32,000 nt of DNA from SAR324 cluster bacterium (GTDB lineage Bacteria; SAR324; NAC60-12). Both the position numbers and the translations under genes were made by a program. Location: NCBI GenBank assembly GCA_015232315.1, contig JADFZZ010000032.1:796-32795 (forward strand), in the 5' to 3' direction. Of this stretch, positions 22,460 to 31,775 are shown piece by piece. The notes under the pieces were generated by a model, which had not been told where the DNA came from, made no database searches, and was given only the letters and a program-made list of their open reading frames with translations. The stretch's first letter is position 1, and each line of letters starts with the position of its first letter.

Positions 22460-25341
22460 TCTTTTAGCTGACGATTCAGCTCTTCAAAGTGATTTCCCAT
22501 CCAACTCAACAGTTTCTTCTCATGCGGTGGAAAGCGTGTGTCAGACATGATGAATGTCTGGAAAATTTGAAGATACATGGCTTTTTCTCCGGCTTTCAGC
22601 ATTTCGACCTCCATTGCGCTCAGAAATACAGGATTGTATTTGGGCGGTGATGAATTTTGCAGGATGTTCCTGATTAAATCTTTCAGGTGATCCAACTGGT
22701 CCGTATACAGAAAATCCAGAAACAGAAATTCATCCTGAAACTTTTTTGGGGGAATATCCTTTCGGACTAGCTCACGATACAATGTGACAGCTTCCAGTTT
22801 ATCCCACATTTGTGCCATATTTCTGGGGTGCGTGATTTTTTTGAATTGATGATCAATCTCATTCCAGTTGGAATTTTTGCGGGCAATTCGCAGGGAATCT
22901 GTCAGCCATTCCAATTTTTCTGAAGGAATTGGCGGAGCATTTTTAAAATAATCTGTTTGAGCTCTGGAAAAATTTTCTGGTTCCAGAATTTCCTGATAAA
23001 ATGAAATAGCATTTATAAATGACCAGAACAAATCCACTTCCTGACTCAGAAACAACGCTTTTTCCGCACTGTTATCAACCAGAGGGAAAAAATATGAATT
23101 GGGATTCACATCTTCCAGAATAGGGCGTAGACTCTGGGTTGAAACAATAAAATTCTGAGGGCCGAACAAACGGGTATCCCCCTTGAATTTCAAAAATTCC
23201 TGAGCAATCTCTGGTTCTCGTTCAAAACGATCAATGGCATCCAGATTGAAATCAGTGTTGCCTGCAACAATCACATAATTTGCTTCACCAGCCAGATATA
23301 TTTTTGCGTAGGGAAAACGATTATCCAGAGCCTTGATAATGGTCAGCATGAGTTCTGTGTTGAAGGAATAACCATGGACCCATTGGACCAGTAAGCCTTC
23401 TGGTTTTAGAAATCGTTGGATGTGCTCGTAGAATTCTTCGGTGAACAGGCTCGAAACACCACTGACCCAAGGATTTGATGGTTCTGAAATGATAAGGTCA
23501 TATTGTCTGTTGGCCTGATAGAAATAGGTTTTGGCATCATCAAAAATAGGACGGATTTTGGGACTGTCATACACATTTCGATTATAAGGATAGAAATTTT
23601 TTGCCAATTCATACATCTGTTCTTCAATTTCGATCAAATCCAGATGTTTTAACAAGGGGTCGGATAGCAGATAGTGTGCAGACATACCACTGCCCAACCC
23701 GATCATTGCGGCGTCATAAGGCTGATTCATCGCAGCCATCGGAACAAACGCGGCAGCGGCCTGAGTATATTCATCTTCAGATATGGTGCCTTTCAATCCG
23801 ATACTCGCATCAACCTTGCCATTTGTTGCGATCATTGACCTGAATGGATTGAACGTGAATGAGATGGTTGCTGTTTTTCCATCCTTGACGAGTATTTGAT
23901 GAAAATCTCCGGCATTCAGCTTGCCACGAAAAACACCTATTGTGGTAAGATTCGGGTCAAGTTTGATATGCAATACAGGAATAAAGACCAGCACAGAAAC
24001 GCAGAGTGTCGCAATGAACTTCCATCGGGAAAGCTTATAGGCACCCAGCAGCACAAGTCCCAGACCGATATCAATCAAAGCTCCTGAGGCAATGGTGTAT
24101 TTGATCTGAAAATTCGGCAATAGCAATAACCCTCCCAGAGAGGCGCCAAGTATGGCTCCTATCGTATTCCAGCCATATACAAATCCAGTGTATTTTTCAT
24201 TGCGTGTAAAATTGATCAGATAATAAGTGATCAATGGCAGTGTCATTCCCGCAAAGAAACTGGTGGGTGCCATCATCAATAGGCAGATCAGATATTTGAA
24301 TATGGAATAGACTGGATAGGCGAGTTCTGTTTTTCTGAATACAGAATGTGAGTCGCTGATCGCGTAAAAAAACGGCTCGTAAAAATAGATGCTGCTCAAC
24401 GCAAACGCCCCCATGAGAATCTGGATGAAAGCCAACGTATGCGCGATGTTTCGTGAAGAGTCAATCAGCTTGCGGGCATAACCGCCTCCCAGGGCCAACC
24501 CCAGGATGAACGCGGAAATCATGATATCAAACGAATGGGTTGAAGATCCCAGCAACAACCCCAGAAGCCTGATCCAGCCAACTTCGTAAATGAAGGATGA
24601 AAACCCTGTCAGACCGCTGATCAACAACCATAGTCCAATGGTGCGCTGATCCGGAAGTTCATGTGAAATTTCCTTGTGAGATTCCGCACCGGAAAAAGAT
24701 TCTGTTATTTTGGGGCCAATGATTTTATCAGCTTTTTTGGCGATGAAATAAAACATCAATGCAATCAGTACATTGGAAGAACCAGCAATGGCGAGAGTTC
24801 CTATGGTTCCCATTTCCGGAATGAGCAGATAGGAAGTCGCCAGAATTCCAATGGCGGCACCCAGAGAATTGGTGAAATATAACACAGGCAGTGAAGAACG
24901 TCCTTCATCTCTGCTGACACGAATGACACCCACTGTGATGAATGGAAAAGTCATTCCAAGCAGGATCGCGGTCGGGAGCGTCATCAGCATGGAGATCAGC
25001 ACCTTGGTCAGATTGGCAAACCAGAAAGACGAAAAATATACATTGGCGGCTTCATAAAACCATTGGGTACAGACTAGATAAATTCCGTGGAAGACAAAAC
25101 CTGAAACGCCCACCAGCAACTCAATGGCAGCATAGACATAAAATGGATTCCGGATATTCCGACAGAGTCGTCCTGCCAGAAACGACCCGATGCCGAGTCC
25201 ACCCATAAAAATGGAAAGTGTCAGGATCTGACCATAAAACGAATGTCCGAGAAATAATTTAAGATACCGGGACCACAGTGATTCATAAATAAGACCAACA
25301 AATCCTGAAACAACGAACAGACCATAAATCAGGCGAACCAT
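22447..25341 (-). CDS. Fused polytopic membrane domain + spermidine-synthase-like (aminopropyl/methyltransferase fold) protein with a long C-terminal extension
   Basis: The N-terminal ~450 aa have many hydrophobic helices. The central region MIGLGSGMSAHYLL...LDLIEIE...DLIISEPSNPWVSGVSSLFTEEFY...LKPEGLLVQW is a spermidine synthase family signature. The track start at 25347 is a TTG; ATG 25341 is preferred. Confidence 0.85.
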   Translation of the reverse strand: MVRLIYGLFVVSGFVGLIYESLWSRYLKLFLGHSFYGQILTLSIFMGGLGIGSFLAGRLCRNIRNPFYVYAAIELLVGVSGFVFHGIYLVCTQWFYEAANVYFSSFWFANLTKVLISMLMTLPTAILLGMTFPFITVGVIRVSRDEGRSSLPVLYFTNSLGAAIGILATSYLLIPEMGTIGTLAIAGSSNVLIALMFYFIAKKADKIIGPKITESFSGAESHKEISHELPDQRTIGLWLLISGLTGFSSFIYEVGWIRLLGLLLGSSTHSFDIMISAFILGLALGGGYARKLIDSSRNIAHTLAFIQILMGAFALSSIYFYEPFFYAISDSHSVFRKTELAYPVYSIFKYLICLLMMAPTSFFAGMTLPLITYYLINFTRNEKYTGFVYGWNTIGAILGASLGGLLLLPNFQIKYTIASGALIDIGLGLVLLGAYKLSRWKFIATLCVSVLVFIPVLHIKLDPNLTTIGVFRGKLNAGDFHQILVKDGKTATISFTFNPFRSMIATNGKVDASIGLKGTISEDEYTQAAAAFVPMAAMNQPYDAAMIGLGSGMSAHYLLSDPLLKHLDLIEIEEQMYELAKNFYPYNRNVYDSPKIRPIFDDAKTYFYQANRQYDLIISEPSNPWVSGVSSLFTEEFYEHIQRFLKPEGLLVQWVHGYSFNTELMLTIIKALDNRFPYAKIYLAGEANYVIVAGNTDFNLDAIDRFEREPEIAQEFLKFKGDTRLFGPQNFIVSTQSLRPILEDVNPNSYFFPLVDNSAEKALFLSQEVDLFWSFINAISFYQEILEPENFSRAQTDYFKNAPPIPSEKLEWLTDSLRIARKNSNWNEIDHQFKKITHPRNMAQMWDKLEAVTLYRELVRKDIPPKKFQDEFLFLDFLYTDQLDHLKDLIRNILQNSSPPKYNPVFLSAMEVEMLKAGEKAMYLQIFQTFIMSDTRFPPHEKKLLSWMGNHFEELNRQLKERRE

Positions 25342-25595
25342 AGACAATTCTCAAGAGAAGAGGATATTAAAAATAAAAATGCATAGCAGATGTTATTCAT
25401 GACGGTCAAGTGCGATTCTTTTCAAACAGAATATTGCTATCCGTCGCAGAATGTATTAGTTGTTCCCTGCTGGTAATCTGGACTTTCCCTATGGGATTCT
25501 GAGCTATTTTCCCGGAGGGGTAAATGAATCATCCTTAGCGTGAAAAATTAAAATCCATTCGTGTAACGTGTTCATGTTTTATTAATCTTTATTCA

Positions 25596-27647
25596 ATGTC
25601 ACTGATGCCTGTTCACTCCGTACAACAACAGGGAATCCTCGCCAGGGTGATTGCCATTTTATGGATATTTTTTCTCACCTGGACCGTCTATTTTTCTACG
25701 CTGTTTATCCCGTTTTTTTTCGATGATCATCATATTATTGACAATGCGAGCCTTCATTCCCTGGCGATTCAGTGGCAGGAACTCCTGCATAACTGGTATA
25801 AATTCCAGAATAGCCGAATATTTCCAGACCTGACCTTTGCACTGAACTACTATGTTCATGGATTGGATGTTCCGGGATACCATGCAGTCAATATTCTGAT
25901 TCACGCTATCAATGCCTTGATTCTGATGAGGATGTTCTCATTCCTTGTCAGTATCCATACTTCCGCTGAAGAGCAGGTATCCTCACGTTCATCCATCACA
26001 TTCATTCAATATACTGTAATCTCTTTTTTCATCATTCATCCATTACTGACAGGATGTGTCAACTACACTGTTCAGCGTGCTGAACTCATGGCCATGACGT
26101 TTTATGCGCTGGGATTTTTATGCTATCTGCACTTGCGGCATCAAACGGGAACAAGGCGTCCTGTCTGGGCATTCTTGATATTGATCTGTTGGTATTTGGC
26201 TCTGAAAAGCAAGATTACGACGGTGACATTCCCAGGCATGCTGTTGGGATACGAAGTCATATTGGGCGCCAGCACGCCAGAATTTATGAAGAAATTGATG
26301 CATGCGGGTATTGCGGTATCCGGGTTGGCCTTATGTTTCATTCTGCTCCAATATGAATTTCACCTGTTCATTCCTCAGGCAACCTCTGTAGGCTTCAATG
26401 CCGGTGAACTCTGGGGGCCATGGGAGCAATTTCAGGCGCAATCCCGTGCGCTGTTTTATTACTGGCGCAATCTGTTTTTGCCATATCCAGGCTGGTTGAG
26501 TGTTGATCATGATTTCAGAATTTCGAGTCAGTTTATCGATCCTGTAGCTTTGTTGGCCTTACTGGGACATCTTTTGATTGCGGCTGGAGCGCTTTTGCTG
26601 GCTCGGCAAAAAAGAATTTATGCCGCATTAGGAATTTTTTGGTTCTATGTTGTGCAATCACCCTATATGATCACACCCATTGCCGATATTCTGGTGGATT
26701 ACAGAGTTTACAGTGTCAGTCCGGGATTTTTTCTGATCATGCTGGAAATGCTGAAATTTCTGAACCATCGCGTTTCCCCCCATGGGTTTCGGAGTTTGTT
26801 GCTTGGCCTTGGATGTCTGACATTGCTAACAGCATGGAATAGAAATCTTGATTATGACAGCAATATTACTTTGTGGGAAGATGCCTTGAATAAGGCTCCT
26901 GAAAATGCGAGAGCCTATAACAATCTCGGTGATGTATATTTCAATGAGTCTCAATGGGGAAAAGCTGAAAATGCCTTCCAAAACGCCATCAGAATTAAAC
27001 CAGATTATTTTGATGCCCGTAGAAATCTGGCAAAAGTCCATGTCTTTACTGAACGGTACTCACAAGGGTTGGAAATATACCATTCGATCCTGAAAGAAAC
27101 CCCACAGGATCCGTTATCATATTTTGGAATTGGTTATATTCACAAAAAAAGGAATGAGAATACGGAGGCAGAATCTGCGATGCGGAAGGCCATAGAAATC
27201 ATGGAGGCTCCTGACTATGAGGGGCCCTTATATTACAAATCAGACTTTGCTGCTAGTGTTTACAACAGTTTAGGTGATTTACTCATGGGCGAAGGACGGA
27301 TTGATGAAGCGCTCATTTATCTGAAAAAATCACTGCATATCGATCCTGATAACGCATTCACTCTCTATAATCTTGGAACCGCCTATATGAAAATTGAAGT
27401 ATGGGATCAGGCAATGTCCCATCTGATCAGATCAATTGAACGCAACCCAAACCATGCGGATGCCTGGAATAACCTGGGTATCGTTTTTATCCAGGTTGGC
27501 CAGAGGGAAAACGCAAAAAAAGCTTTCAGGAAAGGCTTGAGCATTGCTCCTCGAAATTCCCAACTGTTACAGAATTATAGCCGATCAATGAATTCCCCGC
27601 AATCTGGGCCACACCATAACGATCAAGCTGGATTCTTTGGAAAATAA
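25596..27647 (+). CDS. GT-C-fold membrane glycosyltransferase-like protein with C-terminal TPR repeats (TMTC/PMT-like)
   Basis: FFFDDHHIIDN acidic motif in the first loop after TM1 (cf. the DD/DE motif of PMT/TMTC GT-C enzymes), about 10 further TM segments, then at least 5 TPRs (ARAYNNLGDVYFNESQWGKAENAFQNAIRIKPDY..., AFTLYNLGTAYMKIEVWDQAMSHLIRSIERNPNHADAWNNLGIVF...). Confidence 0.78.
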   Translation: MSLMPVHSVQQQGILARVIAILWIFFLTWTVYFSTLFIPFFFDDHHIIDNASLHSLAIQWQELLHNWYKFQNSRIFPDLTFALNYYVHGLDVPGYHAVNILIHAINALILMRMFSFLVSIHTSAEEQVSSRSSITFIQYTVISFFIIHPLLTGCVNYTVQRAELMAMTFYALGFLCYLHLRHQTGTRRPVWAFLILICWYLALKSKITTVTFPGMLLGYEVILGASTPEFMKKLMHAGIAVSGLALCFILLQYEFHLFIPQATSVGFNAGELWGPWEQFQAQSRALFYYWRNLFLPYPGWLSVDHDFRISSQFIDPVALLALLGHLLIAAGALLLARQKRIYAALGIFWFYVVQSPYMITPIADILVDYRVYSVSPGFFLIMLEMLKFLNHRVSPHGFRSLLLGLGCLTLLTAWNRNLDYDSNITLWEDALNKAPENARAYNNLGDVYFNESQWGKAENAFQNAIRIKPDYFDARRNLAKVHVFTERYSQGLEIYHSILKETPQDPLSYFGIGYIHKKRNENTEAESAMRKAIEIMEAPDYEGPLYYKSDFAASVYNSLGDLLMGEGRIDEALIYLKKSLHIDPDNAFTLYNLGTAYMKIEVWDQAMSHLIRSIERNPNHADAWNNLGIVFIQVGQRENAKKAFRKGLSIAPRNSQLLQNYSRSMNSPQSGPHHNDQAGFFGK

Positions 27648-27829
27648 ATAATTGTCGGGTGGAAACCTTTACGCTTGCGGTCGCCGGGGAAAAACTGATA
27701 AATCCACACGTGCCGATGTTATATTTTACAGTCACATAACGACGCAAAGCATGCCAGCAAATAAGCGGAAAGTTACAGTCCTGCGCTCTTGGTGAAGAGT
27801 GATCACACAAAACCCGTATCATCAGGAAA

Positions 27830-28333
27830 ATGGTCATGATTAAATTAAGAGATTCCATTTTTGTAATTCGCCCGGCTACACCGCAGGATGTCCCGGTGAT
27901 TTTACAACTGATCAGGGACTTGGCTGACTATGAAAAATTAAGTCAGGAAGTTTGCGCCACGGAATCCCTGTTGCACCAGGCCCTGTTTGAACAATATTCC
28001 GCAGAAGTTTTACTGGGATTTATGGATCATCAGCCTGTCGGAATGGCTGTTTTTTTTCATAGCTGTTCCACATTTCTGGGGCGTCACGGTATTTATCTGG
28101 AAGATCTTTATGTGCGACCGGAATTCAGAGGTAAAGGGTTGGGAACTTCTTTGCTGAAAGAAATTGCCCGCTTGGCTGTTGAACGGAAATGCGGCCGAAT
28201 TGAATGGGCTGTGCTCAATTGGAACACTTCCGCGATTGAGTTTTATGAAAATCTTGGCGCTTCTCCACTGAGTGGCTGGACCACGTATCGTCTTACTGGA
28301 AATGCCCTGGAAAAATTCGCGCTGAGTGATTAA
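27830..28333 (+). CDS. GNAT-family N-acetyltransferase (diamine/SSAT-like)
   Basis: IRPATPQDVPVILQLIRDLADYEKL...LEDLYVRPEFRGKGLGTSLLKEIARLA...IEWAVLNWNTSAIEFYENLGA contains the acetyl-CoA motif R-x-x-G-x-G. An alternative ATG is at 27836. Confidence 0.88.
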   Translation: MVMIKLRDSIFVIRPATPQDVPVILQLIRDLADYEKLSQEVCATESLLHQALFEQYSAEVLLGFMDHQPVGMAVFFHSCSTFLGRHGIYLEDLYVRPEFRGKGLGTSLLKEIARLAVERKCGRIEWAVLNWNTSAIEFYENLGASPLSGWTTYRLTGNALEKFALSD

Positions 28334-28349
28334 CCATCATAGGAATAAT

Positions 28350-29051
28350 ATGGGATCGAAAAAAACAATTGACAAACTTGCTAAAATTTTCGGAGATGCC
28401 GCCGTCGAAGTGCTCTCCAACTCCAGTGGCGCGGATATTTATTTTGCACCCACTGTTCAGAAAGTGGATCTCATTTATCTCAAACCGGATATTGGCACGT
28501 TTGTACAGTTTCGTGGCGATTATTCAGGCCTGGTGATTGTGAATTTCACCAAGGAAGCCGCTATGGAGTATTACCGCATGTCCATGCTGAACATGGGCTT
28601 TCCAGCAGAGGAACTGGCCATTGACCATACTGCTGATGATGTGGTGGACAGTATCGGTGAAAGTGTGAATCAATTGATCGGAAAAGCCCGGCAAATGATT
28701 CAGGAAGAATATGGCCTGTCCTCCTACAACAACCAGCCCAAAGCGGTTTGTCTGATGGAATCCATCCTGCTTTCAATCAACACCATGATTCATCACAAAC
28801 CCTCAGATTGCCGCAGATTGTCCTTTCGTATTTCAGGTCGGCATACGTTTCATATTGAAATGTTCATTGAACAGACAGAGTTCATTATACTTGACCCTGA
28901 ACGTCTGAAAGCCGGCCAACAAAAAAGCAGTAACCGTGACCTTGATATTGATGCCATGATGGATGCTGAAAAAGCTGATAAAAAAGAAAAAGAAACGGTC
29001 GCGGCAACCAACAACCTTGATATTGAAGCATTATTGAATGCCAATCGTTAG
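28350..29051 (+). CDS. CheX/CheC-family CheY-P phosphatase-like protein with a charged C-terminal tail
   Basis: Exact phosphatase consensus D-x3-E-x2-N-x22-P: DSIGESVN-(22 aa)-P at aa 108-138 of the track ORF. N-terminus is CheX-like (LAKIFGDAAVEVLSNSSG). Start at ATG 28350 (AGGA upstream). Confidence 0.72.
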   Translation: MGSKKTIDKLAKIFGDAAVEVLSNSSGADIYFAPTVQKVDLIYLKPDIGTFVQFRGDYSGLVIVNFTKEAAMEYYRMSMLNMGFPAEELAIDHTADDVVDSIGESVNQLIGKARQMIQEEYGLSSYNNQPKAVCLMESILLSINTMIHHKPSDCRRLSFRISGRHTFHIEMFIEQTEFIILDPERLKAGQQKSSNRDLDIDAMMDAEKADKKEKETVAATNNLDIEALLNANR

Positions 29052-29065
29052 TCCTGAGCTGCTTA

Positions 29066-30760
29066 ATGACTATTGAAAAATCCGCTTACAAAATATTGCT
29101 GATCAGCCAGAATAATGAAGATCGTACCCGCCTGCAAAATCATCTGGATGCCATCAAGGTTGCCACAATCCATCTGGATCAGGAAACGCTCTTTGAACAG
29201 GCCCGGGAATTGATTCTGGAGGCCAAATATGATGCCTATCTGATTGACTATGACATTCTTCCTGAATCAGCCTTGGCACTGGTGCAGAGCGTTTATGAAG
29301 ACTGCGCAAAACCACTGATCATCATCGACGAACAGGAACAGTATGAGCGGGACATTGCGGCAATGGAAGCCGGAGCAAGTTATTACCTGCCCAAAAAACA
29401 TATTGTTCCCTCCATTCTTGAACGGTTACTCCGCTACAACATCTACTATAGCTCCACCCGTGATGAGTTGCAGAATTTTCTGGAAATCCAGAATACAATC
29501 TCTGGAAATCTACTGGAAACCGCCAGTCAACTCAAAGTCGCAAAAGATGAACTGCAACAGAAAAATACTGAAATGCTGGCCAGTCATCGCAAACTGGAAG
29601 ACCTGAATCAGACCAACCAGCAGTTTTTAAATATCGCGCTCAAACTTTATAAAAACCATTTCATTCCGTTGCGCGAAAATATTGAAAACATGCTGAACTC
29701 CGTAGTCCTTGACACGAAGGAAGGCATTCGTCAGGCGGCCCGGGAAATCCACCAGATGGATGAACTCCTGCGTCCTGTAACTCTTTTGGGTACGGAACAG
29801 GCGGCCATTCACAAAAAACGGGTGCTGTTGGCTGAACTGGACCGTAAACAACAGATTGTCGCAAAAATGGCGCTGGGAGGAACAGGCATTGACTTTGATA
29901 TTGTAGCTGATTTCACTGAGGGTGAGGAACGCCTCAAAACTTCACGTTATGATATACTTTGTGTCGATCTGGGATTTATTGAACTGGCACGCATGGCCCA
30001 TGAACAATATCCGGAAACACAGATTGTGTTCATGACCTCGGCCAATGCTCCGGCTTATCTGCCGATCATCATCAAGTTGCCGTTTCTTTCCAATATTGTT
30101 TCAAGAGATAAGGAGGACCGCACCTTTACCCTGAAAAATATTCTGGTTACCATCAGCAAACTGCTCACCGATGATTTATTCGGACTGGAAAAGTATATGA
30201 GTTGGGGGGTTGAAGTGCATCAAATGGTCATTCGATCCAGTCGGGAACGCGCGGAAATGGTGGAAAACATGGAACGGATTCTGGATCAGTTCGGTGTTCA
30301 TCGTTCCGTGATCCGCAAAGCAGGAATGGTGGCGGAAGAATTGTTGATGAACGCAATTTATGACGCGCCTCACAGTGCCGATGGGAAACCTCTGTATAAC
30401 CATCTTTCACGGATAAACCCGGTGGAATTGCCACTCAATGAGCAGGGAATTTTCCGGTTTGCCTGCGACGGGATGTTGCTGGCGCTTTCTGTTCAGGATC
30501 CCTTTGGTGCTCTGGGGCGCCACACAATTCTGAATTATTTGCAAAAATCCTATCTGAATCGGAATCTGGCGGAGGATAGTCAGGAAAAAATGAATAAGGG
30601 CGGAGCCGGATTGGGACTGTTCCAGATCATGTCCGCCTCCGACCTGTTTGTGATCAATGTCAAACCGGGCGTCAGGACAGAGGTGATTGTAGTGTTCAAT
30701 ATTGATCCTGATAAACCTAAAAACACACCATCCACATCATTTCAATATTTTTGTCATTAA
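29066..30760 (+). CDS. Dual receiver (REC-REC) protein fused to an RsbW/SpoIIAB-type GHKL serine-kinase/anti-sigma domain
   Basis: REC1: KILLISQNNED...YDAYLIDYDI...PLIIID...GASYYLPKK. A coiled coil follows. REC2: RVLLAELDRK...YDILCVDLG...QIVFMTSANA. The C-terminus has N-box VAEELLMNAIYDAP and G-box GGAGLGLFQI. Confidence 0.72.
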   Translation: MTIEKSAYKILLISQNNEDRTRLQNHLDAIKVATIHLDQETLFEQARELILEAKYDAYLIDYDILPESALALVQSVYEDCAKPLIIIDEQEQYERDIAAMEAGASYYLPKKHIVPSILERLLRYNIYYSSTRDELQNFLEIQNTISGNLLETASQLKVAKDELQQKNTEMLASHRKLEDLNQTNQQFLNIALKLYKNHFIPLRENIENMLNSVVLDTKEGIRQAAREIHQMDELLRPVTLLGTEQAAIHKKRVLLAELDRKQQIVAKMALGGTGIDFDIVADFTEGEERLKTSRYDILCVDLGFIELARMAHEQYPETQIVFMTSANAPAYLPIIIKLPFLSNIVSRDKEDRTFTLKNILVTISKLLTDDLFGLEKYMSWGVEVHQMVIRSSRERAEMVENMERILDQFGVHRSVIRKAGMVAEELLMNAIYDAPHSADGKPLYNHLSRINPVELPLNEQGIFRFACDGMLLALSVQDPFGALGRHTILNYLQKSYLNRNLAEDSQEKMNKGGAGLGLFQIMSASDLFVINVKPGVRTEVIVVFNIDPDKPKNTPSTSFQYFCH

Positions 30761-30786
30761 TTTTTTTAAGGGGGGAGAAACTATAA

Positions 30787-31395
30787 ATGAGTATTACAAT
30801 TTTTAACACACCAATTCTGAGTCCATTATTGCGTTATATCTCTCTCATCAGCATGAAATTGCTTGGCTGGAAGCATGAAGGTGAATTTCCGCCGGTTTCC
30901 AAGGCTGTGATGATTGCCGCACCGCATACAACCAATTGGGACCTGATTATCATGTTGGCGCTGTGTTTCATCTTTCGGGTCAAGATTGTCTGGCTGGGAA
31001 AAGACAAAATATTTCGCTTTCCTTTTGGCTGGTTCATGCGCTGGATGGGCGGCGTTTCAATCGACCGGAGCAAATCCAACAACGTGGTTTCTCAATCGAT
31101 CGAACAATTCAACCGTAGTGAATCACTGGTAATGACGGTTCCGCCTGAAGGCACCCGCAAGAAAGTAAAAGTCTGGAAAACCGGTTTTTATTATATCGCT
31201 CTTGGCGCCAAGGTACCGATTGTGCTGGGGTTTATCGACTTTGAACGCAAAACGGGAGGAATTCTCGGCACCTTCACGCCTACAGGAGATATTGAAAAAG
31301 ACATGGTTGCCATTCAGGGGTATTATGTGAATATAAAGGGGAAGTTTGCTGATAAAACCAGTTTACCCGAATTTGAAAATAATCCGCCTCAGTAA
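30787..31395 (+). CDS. Lysophospholipid (1-acyl-glycerol-3-phosphate) acyltransferase family protein
   Basis: H-x4-D motif AAPHTTNWD. Also GGVSIDR and VPPEGTR motifs typical of PlsC-family acyltransferases. Confidence 0.85.
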   Translation: MSITIFNTPILSPLLRYISLISMKLLGWKHEGEFPPVSKAVMIAAPHTTNWDLIIMLALCFIFRVKIVWLGKDKIFRFPFGWFMRWMGGVSIDRSKSNNVVSQSIEQFNRSESLVMTVPPEGTRKKVKVWKTGFYYIALGAKVPIVLGFIDFERKTGGILGTFTPTGDIEKDMVAIQGYYVNIKGKFADKTSLPEFENNPPQ

Positions 31396-31400
31396 GTTTT

Positions 31401-31775
31401 ATGAAAGAACCACGTATGCAAGTTGAACATCAAGCAATGGAACAAATTGGGATCCTTCATGTTTCCGGTCACATTTCCCTGAGAGACATTGAATATTTCC
31501 GGGATTTTGCGCACAAAATCATTGATGATCCCCTTGTGACTCATTTTATCATGAATCTGGAAAAAGTGAGTTTTATAGATTCTTCAGGGATTGGAATTTT
31601 CATCCACTGTTGGCGGGCAATGTCGCAGAAACAGGGCTATTTTGTTCTGTGTGGTCTGAATGAAAAAAACAGACAACTGATTCAGATGACCACCCTGCCC
31701 CAGTTTATTTCAATTCATAACAACCTGGAAGAGGCAATGACCCGCCTTCAGGAAAAGGCCAAACCGCATTCATGA
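31401..31775 (+). CDS. STAS-domain anti-sigma-factor antagonist (SpoIIAA/RsbV-like)
   Basis: HFIMNLEKVSFIDSSGIGIFIHCWR carries the phosphorylatable Ser in the DSSG motif. LCGLNEKNRQLIQMTTL is also present. Confidence 0.85.
   Translation: MKEPRMQVEHQAMEQIGILHVSGHISLRDIEYFRDFAHKIIDDPLVTHFIMNLEKVSFIDSSGIGIFIHCWRAMSQKQGYFVLCGLNEKNRQLIQMTTLPQFISIHNNLEEAMTRLQEKAKPHS

Noticed and set aside
27698-27718. sigma28-like TAAA...GCCGATGT upstream of the GNAT/CheX-like operon
   Set aside because: The -10-like GCCGATGT is present, but the TAAA is only 9 nt away where 15 is required. No acceptable -35 sits at the correct spacing.
27526-27858. 110-aa minus-strand ORF spanning the GT-C/TPR 3' end and the intergenic region
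   Set aside because: It overlaps two well-supported plus-strand genes in antisense. No motifs.
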